Of a DNA stretch of 64,000 nucleotides, positions 44,958-62,624 are shown in pieces. Under the pieces are notes generated by a model. The model had not been told where the DNA came from. It searched no databases and was given only the letters and a program-made list of their open reading frames with translations. Every line of letters begins with the position of its first letter. Positions within the stretch are counted from its first letter, which is position 1. A program made the translations under genes and the position numbers. This DNA comes from Eledone cirrhosa (Eukaryota), in contig OZ024745.1 of the NCBI GenBank assembly GCA_964016885.1, positions 21,514,001 through 21,578,000 of the forward strand, read 5' to 3'.

Positions 44958-45117
44958 TGTGTGTGTGTGTGTGTGTGTGTACGACGAGCCCGCAGGTCCA
45001 GAGTCAGACAAGATCCATGCAATGATCGTGTCTCGAGCTGTCCTCCGACGAAACAATTCTAACACACAATAAATTGATTTCAGATGCATCACTGATTTTT
45101 CGTTTTATATTATATAC

Positions 45118-45846
<729 letters not shown>

Positions 45847-46455
45847 ATATATATGATGACTTGTAAACATGTCTTATCTTCACGTATCTTCTCTGTAGAT
45901 TGTAAAAGATGAAAAGCTTGAGTTGAGTTTCGAATTTGGTTGAGAATTGAATTTGCACATAATTTTGTTAGTAATATTGTTAATCTCGATGATTAAGATG
46001 TGACTATTGTTCCATTATGGGAGTTGTCGACTTTATTAATTCTATCATTAATGTTATCTAAAATGTATTTCTCAATTAACCTTTCACACTCTTAGCAATG
46101 TTAATTACTATGTGTTTTGTATTCAAGACTTCTTAGGCATGATAAGAAAAATAAAGTTTTCGAAAGGAAGCTAAATCCTGCTATCAAACACGTAAAAAAC
46201 AAATAAAAATTTATATTCCCAGCTTACCTCAAATCTTACCCCAAATATGCCCAAAAAAGGTAACTTATATTTTCGAGGTAAAATCAATAAAACCGAAACT
46301 CAAAATAGATAACACCTTAGTATATTTGGCTAACGTGGAGATTATATTCCTTTCAAATATCACAAGAACTTCGTCTCTTGTCTAAAAGCACTCCCCTAAA
46401 AGCGTGAACGGATTAATTAGTAAACACATTTTAAATACCATTAATGGTATAACTA

Positions 46456-46568
46456 AGTTCAATTCCGGGCGAGGTTAACTTTGTCTTTCATCCTTACGGG
46501 TCGATAAAATAAAGTACCGGTAATGTACTTGGAAATTGCTGGCCTTGTGCCTAAAATAGAAACAATTA
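46456..46568 (+). mobile_element. 5'-truncated SINE family A copy with target-site duplication
   Basis: ATTAATGGTATAACTAAG occurs at 46440-46457 and 46565-46582. Confidence 0.85.
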
Positions 46569-46911
46569 ATGGTATAACTAAGAAACGGTCTACGTCTGTT
46601 AATGGAACAGTAGTAGCAGCGTAAATCTGCTGGTTTAAACATATAAAAATATTAGTATGTACAACTTTACCTTTTATTATTCCAGGTTTGATGACGTATA
46701 TACCAATGAAATACTGGTGTCAGTTTAATTTAAACTTGAAGTAATGTGCCATTGAAAGAAATTATCATCCTTAGTATAAATTATTATAAAGAAAAATCAT
46801 TATATTTTCATGGCTTTGTCAGATTAGGAAGAACAACATCCATGAGATTAAAGTAGCTTCTGATACTGATACGACCAAGAGAGGGTGTGGGCCCTGAAGG
46901 TAACGACAGTA

Positions 46912-47108
46912 GTAATAATTGTTTCTACTTTTGGCACAAAGCCATCAATTACCCAGTACATTACTGGTACTTTATTTTATCGACCCCGTAAGGATGAAAA
47001 GCAAAGTTAACCTCGGCGGGATTTGAGCTCAGACTGTAAAGGGACGTAACTATGCTGGAAAGCATGGCGTCCGAGCCTCTACCGATACTGCCGATCCACC
47101 GCCCAATC
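46912..47108 (-). mobile_element. SINE family A copy with target-site duplication
   Basis: ACGACAGTAGTAATAAT at about 46903-46919 and 47110-47126. Confidence 0.88.
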
Positions 47109-47394
47109 CACGACAGTAGTAATAATAATTAGAACACAAGGTATGATAAAACAAATATGAAAAAAGTCATATCAGGGCTCACAACTTTACAGTGTCCAAC
47201 TCATAGCTCTGCTGTGGAAGTCATTTTCGATGCACTAACACCAGCCAGACACTAACATCTCAACATACGCACCTTATGTAATAAACACTTCATAAAACAC
47301 GCTACTCACACAATATATTCTCCCTAAGATTATCACTCAATAAAATAACACACAACCAACACTCGGGACAGCCGTAATATATTAATTCTACATG

Positions 47395-47660
47395 GCCACA
47401 CACCACACATCACACACCACCCATCACACATCACACATCACACATCACACACCACACACCACCCATCACACATCACACATCACACACCACCCATCACACA
47501 TCACCCGTCATACACCACACATCACCCCCCACCCATCACACACCACCCATCACACACTACACATCACACATCACACATCACACACCACACATCACACACC
47601 ACACATCACACATCACACACCACATACCACACATCTCACATCACACACCACACACCACAA
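47395..47660. repeat. (CACAT/CACAC)n pentamer repeat
   Basis: Direct reading. Confidence 0.9.
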
Positions 47661-48134
47661 ACCAAACTCCACACACCTGACACTGTGATACATAACAATG
47701 ATTTACACAGCACATACGAAACATATTCACCACCCAGCATATTCTCCTCACCCTGAGCGGATAAATCTTTCGCCTTTTACCACCCCCAAAATAACACAAT
47801 TCGCATTACACGTAATCTACAGAACAGGTTTAATTTCATAACAAAAAACAAAAAACAAAAAACAAAAAACAAAAAACAAAAAACAAAAAACAAAAAAAAA
47901 CTGATGCACTACACAAGGGGTCTTAAACTCAGAGACTCAAAAGAGCCCTTATGTCTTGAGGGGGATACACAGTGGGCCAAAAGTGAGATGGGTAGGGTGT
48001 TAGTTTCCCTAATTGTAATGCTAATTAGCAATACAGCTGATAGACAGCTATTTATTTTTTTCAACAATATGAATATGTACGTGTATGATAGCAAGTGGGA
48101 TACGTAAATAAGCACAAAATGTAGGGGCCAAATT

Positions 48135-48290
48135 TTCCATCCCTGGGTCTCCTATGGGATGGTTTTGCCTGTAAATTCTGTCCAGCGATTCTTTCCTGGT
48201 ACATTCTAACCACGTGCCTATAGTATCGGAGTAATAATCTCTCAATTTGGAGATATAGTGGCTCTACCGGGAGAGACTCTCTGTTCTTTG
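48135..48290 (-). mobile_element. Decayed RTE LINE C-terminal fragment
   Basis: LRYYRHVVRMYQERIAGQNLQAKPSHRRPR resembles the RTE LRWxGHVxRM...GxRPRGRP region. Confidence 0.7.
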
Positions 48291-48347
48291 AGCTACACAC
48301 TTTATCGAGTAATGTTACTCCGAAGACAAAATTAGAATGCATTATTT

Positions 48348-48530
48348 TTGGCAGTATCGGTAGGGGGTTCGACGACATGCTTTCCAGCATAGTTACGACC
48401 CTTTATGAACTGAGTTCAAATCCCGCCGAGGTTAACTTTGCCTTTCATCCTTATGTGGTCGATAAAATAAAGTACCAATAATGTACTGGGATAATTGCTG
48501 GCCTTGTGCCAAAAGTAGAAACAATTATTT
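48348..48530 (+). mobile_element. tRNA-derived SINE family A
   Basis: Same A/B boxes and body as the other copies. Confidence 0.88.
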
Positions 48531-49085
48531 ATGATTAATATCATATTTTAAAGTTATAGCAATGTTGATTACCAATAAAATTCATTCCCTTATTATCTGT
48601 GTTCCCTTTTCTGTTGGCTAAAATACCTTTCGATATTACAATACCATAAGATATTTGCTTGGGTGTTTTATAAGTAACTTTCCAGTTCGATGTTCGTACA
48701 ACTTCCAAGACACTGAAATTCAAATTTGTTGCCACAATTTCAAAATGAGAATCCTAGCACAATTTCTAAAACTAATTGTCAAACACTGAACAAGAGTGTT
48801 ACATTATCCACACAATATGATATCTGTAAGAGTCTTGCATTCGGTAGGACACCTTTCTCTACAAGTAACTGGACTTGCGTATGGACCTGAGGGCCCAGGG
48901 TGGGTTTCCTTCTTCAACAACACTTTAAACAAGTGTTTCACCGTCTTATTTTGATTCTATTAAACTATCCATATATTAACCATTTTTCTTCTAATGTAGA
49001 TTATTTATTTTTCCTGTTATCAATCATATATATATATGCATATATATATATATAAATATACATATATATATACATAATATAATAA

Positions 49086-49178
<93 letters not shown>

Positions 49179-49215
49179 GGTAATATATATATAATATGAT
49201 AATATATATAATATG

Positions 49216-49264
<49 letters not shown>

Positions 49265-49266
<2 letters not shown>

Positions 49267-49437
49267 CGAAGGAAATGTGGTACGGAACCAGGTGGACCAT
49301 AACGCACCAAAGTAGTCAATACTTAGGGTAGTAGAGTGGGTAATAGGAACGAGTAGGACGCCGACGGCTGAGCTCAAGCCGTTTCGAGAATTAGCCGTCG
49401 AAATGGCTTGAGCTCAGCCGTCGGGGTCCTACTCGTT

Positions 49438-49442
<5 letters not shown>
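49265..49442 (-). mobile_element. Fold-back insertion of ribozyme family G in (TA)n
   Basis: Tail 49265-49342 and arms about 49343-49387/49398-49442. Confidence 0.9.
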
Positions 49443-49501
<59 letters not shown>

Positions 49502-49530
49502 ATATAAATATATATATAATATATATAATA

Positions 49531-49595
<65 letters not shown>

Positions 49596-49621
49596 ATATA
49601 TATATATATATATATAATATG

Positions 49622-49659
<38 letters not shown>

Positions 49660-50075
49660 GTACATATGTATGTATAATATGATATAATATTATATATATA
49701 TTGAAATAGAGAGAGGTGGAGGAATTGGAATGCTAAAGAGGTTGTTCATTATTTAAAAGACATATATCTAGTTTTACACTTTTATTCGATGCACGTTGCT
49801 CGGTTCTTCTTAAACCTCCACTACCAGATTTCCAATTATATCACGCCATGTCACATTTCATTAGGTATGATGGCTGTCATATATTGAGGTATCATTTCTC
49901 GTAGCTCTATCTGAAATATAGCTTTGCTTTTGTTTATTTAAAATCATCAGCAATGTATACTGTCTAATGATAAATGAATTAATAACGCTCCTAGTATTAA
50001 GTTTTGTTTAAACAATACTTTTTGACTTTACATCCTATTAATATTGCTGGAATTCAATCCGTCTGTCCATATATA

Positions 50076-50280
50076 CCAGGGTAAGCTGAAACGTTCATAG
50101 GCTGTCTATGACGGAGGGATGCTAGCGCTGTGAAATATTGCATGCATTAATTTCATCTCTTCTTATTAATAAATTCATTGTTTTGGGGGTTTTTTTCGGG
50201 AATATGTTGAAAAATAAACATCATTTGGACATTCCATGAAATAATCTTTTACAGCATATGAACTTTTCAGCCGCTCCTCG
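50076..50280. mobile_element. Tc1/mariner-type MITE with degenerate TIRs and TA flanks
   Basis: TA-CCAGGGTAAGCTGAAACGTTCATA ... TATGAACTTTTCAGCCGCTCCTCG-TA. Confidence 0.65.
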
Positions 50281-50542
50281 TATATCAACTCATGCAAAAT
50301 TGGAAAGGTTGACTTAAAATAATGGGAATTTTTGATATAAAAATAATTACACATACAAATAGAATTACAGAGAAACCCATACACACATACACACAAACAT
50401 ACATACACATACACACACACACACTCACACACTCACACACTCATACACACACACACACACTCATATATATATATATCTTCAATGAACTTATAACATGAAG
50501 TTCACATGAAGATATGTCACTTTCTTTACACCAATTATTGTA

Positions 50543-50599
50543 TTTTATCTGACGAAAGTGTACTAAAATATTAGTACCCTTGAAATACGTATAATAAAA
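50543..50599 (+). ncRNA. Minimal type-I hammerhead ribozyme within a TA-flanked element (about 50476-50740)
   Basis: TTTTAT-CTGACGA-AAGTGTACTAA AATA TTAGTACCCTT-GAAA-TACGTA-TA-ATAAAA. Confidence 0.88.
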
Positions 50600-50847
50600 T
50601 AAAAATAGCTTTATAAGGATATTTTCCATTTATTAATATTATTGATATTAATGATACTCCGGATAAAACCGTTGATTGCTTCTAATCTGTTGTAAATTAA
50701 CTCTGTTGAATAATGAACAAACCAAATAACTCATTGTTTATATATATATATATATATATATATAACCCCCCACCCCTCACTCTCAAGAGCGTGAAACTAA
50801 TAAACCTTTGTTCGCACTGTCTCTCTGTTTTGTTCCCGTTCCATTTT

Positions 50848-50897
<50 letters not shown>

Positions 50898-51815
50898 AAC
50901 CTTTGTACGTATATAAACATTGTTTATTGTGAACTAATTTAGTATTGGTATGGCAATATAACAATACTGTAATACTAGAAAGTGAAAATTTATATTTATG
51001 ATTAAAGATTAACTGTTTTGTTATAATTTCACTTAACTTTCACACAACTATTTAATCAACACACATCGAAATATTTTGTTTATAATTACGTGTAAATAAT
51101 ACACAGTTTAACTTATTAACTTTAATAAATAAATGCAGTTTAGTTGGAGTAAGTGAAACAATCTTGATCTGTGTGTTCGTTCTCACTGCAGTATTTCTTT
51201 GTCATTTCATCAACACATTTACCATTCTTCCTTGTATATTACAATATATATTAAAATTAAAATATACATAATTAAAAGTTACTTTAGCTTTGTTCAGTTC
51301 TGTTCAGTTCTGTTCAAGATCACTAATATCACCTGATGCTGGTGATTCCAGACAAGTTAACCTTCTTTACTTTGACAACGTAGCATATTCTGTATAACAA
51401 ATCTCTCAATTTTCTCGTCAATTCAGTTGTGGACAATTTGATGACGAGTGTTTATTTCATTTACCATCTTTGAGCAAAAAGTTTAAGTTCGTCAATAAAC
51501 ACAATATCATTAATAGCAAGTAACCACTCCATTCAATTTTATGCCAAGTTCCAGTTTCATTTAAGGTATCACATTGAAATATATGTGCCTCAAATTCTAG
51601 AGAACAACATGTTTTCCATTTGCTTACAGCTTAGATCGTCTCGTTTGCATATTAGATAATCGGAAGGTTCTGTTGGCAATACCACATATCTTGAGAGTGT
51701 CGATGTTCCAGCTTTGTCCTCAATTTATCCCATTTCAATAAGTAGCAATCTTGAATTAGTATCAATCCTGCTGACCTCGTCTCTCGACTGCACATTTTTT
51801 GTGTAGTGACAATTC

Positions 51816-52060
51816 AAATACCGGTCGCTCTCCGACAGGTTTGCGGTCGTACCCTTGGCAGTGGAGACTGCTGGTATCCTCGGCCCTAGGGCTACCTCCC
51901 TATTCACCACCATAGACGCTGAGCTGGCCAGCCGCAGTTGTGAGCCTCGCGAGCTGGAATGGCTTTTCCAGCGCGTCTCCCTTGCCGTCCTCCGGAGAAA
52001 CGCCTTCTCCATTTTGTCCGTCGTGGCTGTGGGGAGGTCACCAATATGATTGACTGACTT
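51816..52060 (+). mobile_element. 3' fragment of a CRE-like non-LTR retrotransposon (restriction-like endonuclease C-terminus)
   Basis: KYRSLSDRFAVVPLAVETAGILGP...EPRELEWLFQRVSLAVLRRNAFSIL; GC-rich island ending in TGAC repeats. Confidence 0.75.
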
Positions 52061-52759
52061 GTCATTTTATCAGTCAGATGATATGTCCATGAGGTTCAAT
52101 GTGCTGAATCAATAAGTTTCTTTGACGGGGGTCTTTGACTTATATATTGAGTGAGTGTGAAAGACCAAAGGTCATTACTGAAAGTCTTTAAATAAAAAGG
52201 TATTACTGTATTATGTTCGGATTTCTTCAACTACATGCCTTTCTGTAAACATATTTATTTCCATGTTTTCATCTAATGTAGTTAGGGTTTCTAATATAAT
52301 AAAGTATATAAGGTCAGAACGAATGAAAAACATTTTCTTATGCCCAGTAAGTGCTGTGTTTCTCACCCGCTTTATTTTGTACATCAACCACCTGCTGGTC
52401 ATTGCATTTAAACAAAGACACTAAACTGTGCATGTGACATTATCCTAAACTACTATATGACCTTTCTCATGCAGCTATCAACTACATAAACCCAGCCACT
52501 AATATATTACTTCTATGAACAAAGAAAGTGAGAGCATCCTTAAATGATAACATGATAAATCAAATCTCATTCAAAACCTTCTTCTAACAACCACTACATA
52601 TATCAGTATATGTACTACATATATCAAAATAACACAGAACATAATGTTCTCTCTCTCATTGGGAGGAAAATCGTTCGATGCGGAGAAAAATATTTCAAGC
52701 TCTACAAATTCTAAACTTATCTCACTAAATCTATTGACCTTTCTTACAGAACGTAAATT

Positions 52760-52945
52760 TCTAACGCAATCAAGATTGAAACCTAAGATCGAAGTTTCCG
52801 CTTTAAAACCAAAAATTGTTTCAACCCAGAATAGTTCTCTGTATTCCTGTGAATCATGGTCGGTAACAATACGTTGCCTTTCCGTTGGACAACATCAGTG
52901 GCGTGGAGAAAGGATACTGGAATACATGGTGGACTACTGGTCTTC
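52760..52945 (+). mobile_element. Old RTE-like fragment
   Basis: LYSCESW...RIL motif order; otherwise decayed. Confidence 0.4.
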
Positions 52946-53509
52946 CAAAAACACCCTTGCCTCGGAGCAGAACATTCTAGGTTCAAATACTATGGTTATT
53001 CGTGATCTAAAGGGGTCTTTACCCTTCACCCTATTTATTTATTAAAGATGGTGCCAATCAATTACGACATCTTCGCAGTCACTATATAATATATGAAACT
53101 GCATGAGTGTGTGAATATGTGTGTATGTGAGAGTGCGTGTGAGTGCGTATGCGTGGGGTGGTGGGGGGCGGTCTGTGTGTGTGAGTGTGTGCGTGTGCTT
53201 GTGCGTGTGCGTGTGTGTGTGTGTGTTTGTTCTTTATCTATGTTCCTCGGAGAATTGTTCATTAAGACAAGTCTGGAATATTCGCTTCTGTGAAGTTACT
53301 TAACCAAGTTTTATTAAGTTTTTGGCTGTTTTCAATATTGGTTAATACATTAAACAGACGCTAGTGTAGCCAGGTCTACATGATAGAGTGCATATATCTT
53401 ATTAGCTTCTCATCACTCATCTTTGATAAATGCGAATTGGTGTTTCTTCATATACACTATACTGTGTTCGAGGTCATAGAGAGACGTATACGCATACCCC
53501 CCCCCCCTG

Positions 53510-53572
<63 letters not shown>

Positions 53573-53625
53573 GGAGAGGTAAGTTTACGTTTAAGCGTGT
53601 GTATTATATATATGTACATGTATAT

Positions 53626-53671
<46 letters not shown>

Positions 53672-53704
53672 TATATATATCATATATATATATATATATA
53701 TATA

Positions 53705-53775
<71 letters not shown>

Positions 53776-54039
53776 GTGGCGTGTATACATAGGTGTGTAA
53801 ACATTGAGAGATTAAGTTCTGAACACGTATTAAATTTTATTCATTCTTACCTTCTAAACTAATTCTAGTTTCTTTTTTCTTAGATGTTTTTCAATGTCAT
53901 TGGCAGAACAAGTACGAAACAGAAAACTGTGCTGATAGTTAAATATACGATGTACGCATTTACCAAGGTTACTGAAGGTTCTCTGGGCTGATAAAGAAGG
54001 GTTTTCAATTTATCGAATACAGAAGAAACATTTAAATCA

Positions 54040-54300
54040 ACAGAATTATTCGTCCAAGTTTCGGGCATGTGGTTAGAATGTCTCAGGAAAAAATCGCTGG
54101 ATAGATTATACAGGCAAAACGAACTGGCAGGAGTCCCAAGGGTCGACCCCGAGCAAGTTAGTTGGATAACATCCATGAGCTTGGTTTGTCACGCTTGGGG
54201 ATCTAGCCGGATCAATTGCAGACGGTGGCTTCTGACAGGACCCGCTGGAAAGAATGTTTCAGGACTCTTCCCCCACGACCCTCCCATGATTAAGTGGGCG
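54040..54300 (+). mobile_element. Decayed RTE LINE C-terminal fragment
   Basis: FGHVVRMSQEKIAG*IIQAKRTGRSPKGRPR; related to 48135-48290. Confidence 0.72.
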
Positions 54301-54711
54301 AAGAAGACAAAGTATTATACGTTTGGTTATGGTCGGAGAGATACAGAAATTACCACACAGAGCTCTTAAGGAACTGGTTGGAATTACAAATACGTGAAAT
54401 AGGTGAACATAAAGAAAACGACATGCAAATCGCTCCTTTTTGGGTCGTGGATATGGTGGAAGGGAGCAAGTATGAGGAAGTTTTAAGAAATACCCCAAGG
54501 CATCCCATATAACTCTTCAACAACATAGTCCCTAACCACCGTACTCCGAAAGATAAAAGCCAATACTGACCTGAAGAATGATAGATCCAGATTCTGGTGA
54601 GGTTGATGGACAAATAATTGCTGCAAACTACTTTTATCCGTAATTCTCAACTATTTTTCATAGTGATCGACTATTATTAAAGTAATTTCTGTTGGGAGGA
54701 CAACATTTCAA

Positions 54712-54806
<95 letters not shown>

Positions 54807-54879
54807 CTATAATATATATATAAATATATATATATGAAATTTGAAATATAATTTGAAATATATATATATATATATATAT

Positions 54880-55797
<918 letters not shown>

Positions 55798-56308
55798 TGT
55801 CTGTGTGTGTGTGTATTTATGAGAGAGATATATATAGAGAGAGAGGAGGGTGAGAGAATATAACAGTTTCTATGGTAACGAATTGAAGCATTTGAGGACA
55901 ATACGAGGTAATTGAGTGAGATATTACAAGAGCTAGATGAATCCCTCCAAGTTTTCCATTGCTCCAAGATCTGACCAAAGACCGTCAACCATTTCACCAT
56001 TCATATACTTTTTATCACAGAACCACACTTTAACTCCAGAGTGTGAGAACAAAGCAACAAAAAAAGTAGAAGACTAACTAATAGATGGGGGTGTTGCTGG
56101 TGTAGAACATTTCCTTCATTATATATCGTTTTCTTCCATTTTAATCTCTCTCTCTTCCTCCCTCACTATCTCTTTTTCTTTCTCTCTCTCTCTCTCTCCC
56201 TCCCCCTTCCCTCTCTTTCTTTCTCTTTCTTACTTTCTCACCATTTCTCTCTCTCTATATATATATGTGTACATAAGTATACGTACACACACACTCTCAC
56301 ACACACAC

Positions 56309-56365
<57 letters not shown>

Positions 56366-56644
56366 CGAGGTGTTAAATCTTCATTACATTTATTACTATA
56401 TATATATATATAATCATTATATATATATATGTATATGTATATATATACAAATATGTATATATATATAATATATATATATGTGTGTGTGTAAACGTAAATG
56501 CATACTCATATTCTCGTGCACACATATACACACATACCCACACACACACAAACCCACACATCATGTATTTCACCTTCAATTCCTCTTTCTCCTCCTCTTC
56601 TTTGTCTACAGTATATTTTCTTTCTTTTTCTTTCTATCGCAAGC

Positions 56645-57200
<556 letters not shown>

Positions 57201-57642
57201 CTACGTCTTTTAGATTAATTAATTGGGGCGGACGATGGCGTAGGAGAGTTCTGTATATTTAACTTTCTCCGCCATACAGTATCACGACGACTGCAATTAT
57301 AACGCAGAAATATATTTAAAAAAACAATATAGATAACAAAGCAAAGTATAAACAACATAAATATGAATGGAAACAGCAGCAGCAGGAGAAGCAACAACAA
57401 CAACAACAACAATAACAGCAGGAGGAGAAAAGCTAGTAGCAGCAGCAGCAGCAGCAGCAGCAACCAGGAACAACACCAGCATCTGAGGTATATGCATCGA
57501 CGTCAATAACAAATATAATTAAATCATATATAATAAGTGGTATAATTTAATTAAGAATATATATATAGATATATATATATATTATATAATATATATATAT
57601 ATGTGTGTGCGAGTGTGTGTCTGTGTGTGTGTGTGCGTGTGT

Positions 57643-57690
<48 letters not shown>

Positions 57691-57797
57691 TCATGTATGT
57701 ATGATACTATGCAATATGTACACGCGATATGCGTTCCTAGAGTTTTATATATGTGTATGTGTGTGCACACACACACATATATAAATATATATGTATG

Positions 57798-57905
<108 letters not shown>

Positions 57906-57971
57906 AATATATATATGTAAATCTATATCTATCTATCTATATATATATATATTCCGAAGAGATTGTTTACG

Positions 57972-58035
<64 letters not shown>

Positions 58036-58139
58036 AAAGTGAATATATATGATATGCCTTCATTAGTCAGATTCAATGACAAGGCTTAATTACACATTGT
58101 TCTGAAGTATTCGTGAAAATTGCACACACAACATGCTAA

Positions 58140-58335
58140 CACACGGCACATCTAAACACACAGCGACACGATACATCTAAGCCCACACATACCCACACGA
58201 TACATCTAAGCCCACACATACCCACACGACACATCTAAGCCCACACATACCCACACGATACATCTAAGCCCACACATACCCACACGATACATCTAAGCCC
58301 ACACATACCAACACGGCATATCTAAACACACAACA
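58140..58335. repeat. 29-bp minisatellite
   Basis: CACGATACATCTAAGCCCACACATACCCA, about 5 copies plus degenerate ends. Confidence 0.9.
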
Positions 58336-58619
58336 TGCTAATACAACAGAAATATACATCATTACATGGGTATGCATCATGTTATTTTATTATTATTCAT
58401 CAGAATTTTATTATTTTAATGTATATATATTACAAATGTGAACAATAACGTCGTTTATTAAAGTTTTCCGACGGGTGTATCGCTGGTTCAATGCTTTGTT
58501 GAGAGAAAATAAGGTGGATTTTGCTAGAAGGGAACCGGCTCTTTCCTCAATATTTACATCCTTTGCAAATATATGACAAATAATTCATACATGTACTCTT
58601 ACATGTAAACATACATAAT

Positions 58620-58688
<69 letters not shown>

Positions 58689-58691
58689 TTA

Positions 58692-58723
<32 letters not shown>

Positions 58724-58939
58724 TGTGTGTGTGTGTGTGTATGTGTGTGTGTGTGAGAGTGTGTGTGTGAGTGTGTGTGAGTGTGTGTGTGAGAGAGAGT
58801 CAGTTTCAACAGAGTCATATACAGGTACTTTCTTTGGTTTGTTTATCCCAACTCATTCATCCTGCATTAACAACAATGGCATCCATCTTATTGACTGTGT
58901 GCTCTAAACCCTTGGATATTCATATCAAGTTTGTACTAC

Positions 58940-59500
<561 letters not shown>

Positions 59501-60103
59501 TGACGAGAGGCTTCCGCGCAGCTTCCATCTACCAAATTCCACTCTCAAGCTAATATTTAACGTGGGGCTATGATAGAATGCATTCTCGTTCCTTGGTGGG
59601 CAGTGAACTTTCTACCCACACGGTAGATTGACCTGTCACATTAATACTATGTATTTAGATATACATATCTGGAAACATATTTCTGAAGCTTCTCTGAACC
59701 AGTAAAACGGTTTGGATTCATCAAATACAGAATATAGATTTAAATCGACAGTAGTATGTCTTTGATTATAGTCGGAAAGGGACAGTAACCACCACACATG
59801 CGCAACTGTTTCGAATATAAAGATGTAAAATAATTATCCCCCCCCCCCCCTCATCTTTCTATTTTATTTTTTATTTCTCGTTCTATCTTCTGATAAAGGA
59901 CTAGTACCCTAAATGTTAAGACTCTTTTTCTGTTATTTCAAGCGTTAGAATAATATATTCCTTCATTATTCTGTGACATTTACTATCGTATTTCTGTTTA
60001 CATTTTACAGACATTTGTACATTATTCTATGTACTATACATGCACCTTTAATGAGTTGTAGTGCACCTGAGCACTGTACACAATAATTTCATTATATTAT
60101 TGT

Positions 60104-60173
<70 letters not shown>

Positions 60174-60281
60174 AGTTAGAGTTATGTTCATAACAGAATC
60201 ACATACCCGTTTTCAATTGATCGCATGCGGTCTCTTTTGCGAGTATGTCATGCAACATTTGATACATTTTAAAATATTGTA

Positions 60282-60337
60282 TTTTGTCTGAAGAAGGCAT
60301 ACTATAATTTAGTATCCCTGAAATATATATAACGAAA
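60282..60337 (+). ncRNA. Minimal type-I hammerhead ribozyme within a TA-flanked fragment (about 60169-60385)
   Basis: TTTTGT-CTGAAGA-AGGCATACT ATAATTT AGTATCCCT-GAAA-TATATA-TA-ACGAAA. Confidence 0.83.
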
Positions 60338-60383
60338 TAAATAATGATGCTATAGTGATATATATTCCATTTATTACTAGTAT

Positions 60384-60551
<168 letters not shown>

Positions 60552-60604
60552 AAGGAAAAGCGAAGTAGTTTCAGATGTTCAAGTCCTTTAATAATAATGT
60601 ATGT

Positions 60605-60675
60605 TGTGATATATATTTCAATGACGACACTGACCACACTGTTCTGTGTGCGAGTGTCGTGTCATCATCAGACAG
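60605..60675 (-). ncRNA. Type-I hammerhead ribozyme, mirror copy of 61278-61349
   Basis: TCATCAG at 60665-60671; intact core on the minus strand. Confidence 0.8.
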
Positions 60676-61277
60676 CTTGTTACATAATAAGGTTATGTTT
60701 CCGAGGCAATCCAGATTGAATCGACATGGGAACGGATGAAGTTCGTGCTTTTGGGTTTTTCATCCGTTCCCTTGTGAGTACCAATTCACCCCCACCGGTC
60801 TGCGCAAGCGCATGTCCGAAGGAAGTTGACCATTAACCACCGCAGATTTCAACGAAATTCGCTGTCAGTTCACCCTCTCAGCCAAAACAATGGCCCACCT
60901 ATGCCCTACCAAAGTTTACTGCGACCCATCACGACTGTGGTAGTCAGCCGAAAGCCAGAGGGGATGGGAGGGTGTTAGTTTTTATAGGTCATAATACTAC
61001 CTTTCACTAAGCGTTGACAGCAAGACTGACCATCAACTCATAAGGGAAAATAAAATTAATTCTAGGTACCATGTTTTTACATTGGAAGTTAAGAGTGAGA
61101 GTTGTAAATAAAAATTAAAAATTAAAATCCTAAGTCAAATATCAGAGATTATAAATTAAACAATTAAAAAATAAAAAAATTCGAAATTCAAAAATTTTTC
61201 AAGTGATAATTCGGATTGAGTAAAAATATCGATTCAATCTGGATTGCCTCGGAAACATAACCTTATTATGTAACAAT

Positions 61278-61349
61278 CTGTCTGATGATGACACGACACT
61301 CGCACACAGAACAGTGTGGCCAGTGTCGTCATTGAAATATATATCACAG
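61278..61349 (+). ncRNA. Type-I hammerhead ribozyme with extended stem II
   Basis: CTGT-CTGATGA-TGACACGACACT..CACAC AGAACA GTGTG..AGTGTCGTCATT-GAAA-TATATA-TC-ACAG. Confidence 0.87.
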
Positions 61350-61471
61350 CATTATTATTAAAGGTCTTGAACATCTGAAACTACTTCGCTTTTCCTTATT
61401 CGATATTTACTACGTCACTCCTGTGGAAAAAGTACGTTGAGTGCTTGAATTGAATTGCATCAATGTTTACC

Positions 61472-61515
<44 letters not shown>

Positions 61516-61683
61516 TAGATAGATAAATCTACCAATAGATCTACCAATAAATCTACCAATAAATCTACCATAGATCTATATGACATACATACCAACACAC
61601 ATATATATCCTAGAAACGATCGTAAAATGATGAATTTTTTAATATAAGGAACTTGTTCTTTGTTTTATTCATTGTTTTTATTA

Positions 61684-61723
<40 letters not shown>

Positions 61724-62040
61724 TTTCACTTCATAAACCTTGTTTGTAAATAACATTATTCTTTCTGCACCTTCTCTTTAACATGTGCGACACCATACTA
61801 ATACATATCACTATCATTTGATAATGCATAAATGCTGAAACTGGTAAGAGACAATTATTAAATATATAAATAGATAAATAAATGGCATTGTTAAATAATA
61901 AATAAATCAACTAATACCTTAACACTTCACACAAAGTAAAACATTTCGTTTTAATCATTTTCTAACCCAGAAAAAAGAGAGAGAAATAAGAAAGGAAAAA
62001 AATATTTTTTTCTTCCTAATAATCGTTTCTTTCTCCCTGT

Positions 62041-62133
<93 letters not shown>

Positions 62134-62134
<1 letters not shown>

Positions 62135-62385
62135 CGGCGATGAATTAGTTTTGCGAGGTTTTTGATATGAAATCGTGTGTCGAAACAAATATTGTTATAC
62201 TTGGGGAGGGTCATACTTTGGGTGTTGTTGTTATTCCATTCATTTTTTCTTTTACCGTCCGGTTATGGAACCAACCAACCAACCGGAAATTTATAAATTC
62301 TTAAATTTATAAATTTAATTTAAGCAACTGGTGCGTGTGTTTCTTATTGGCAACATGACCCTCCCAAAGCATAACAATATATTTA
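62134..62385. mobile_element. Small fold-back element in TA repeats
   Basis: ATATTGTTATACTTGGGGAGGGTCAT (about 62179-62204) pairs with ATGACCCTCCCAAAGCATAACAATAT (62355-62380); unpaired tail 62134-62177. Confidence 0.6.
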
Positions 62386-62525
62386 TATATATTGTAATGA
62401 ATAATTTTGTAATAGATATATGTATATTTATATCTCTTCCCGGCACATCTCCCTCGTTAATATCTACGTATAAATATTCTATTAGCAACTGTCTCCTTCT
62501 TTCCATTCCTCATTCTCGCGCAATC

Positions 62526-62581
<56 letters not shown>

Positions 62582-62588
62582 ACCCTCA

Positions 62589-62624
<36 letters not shown>

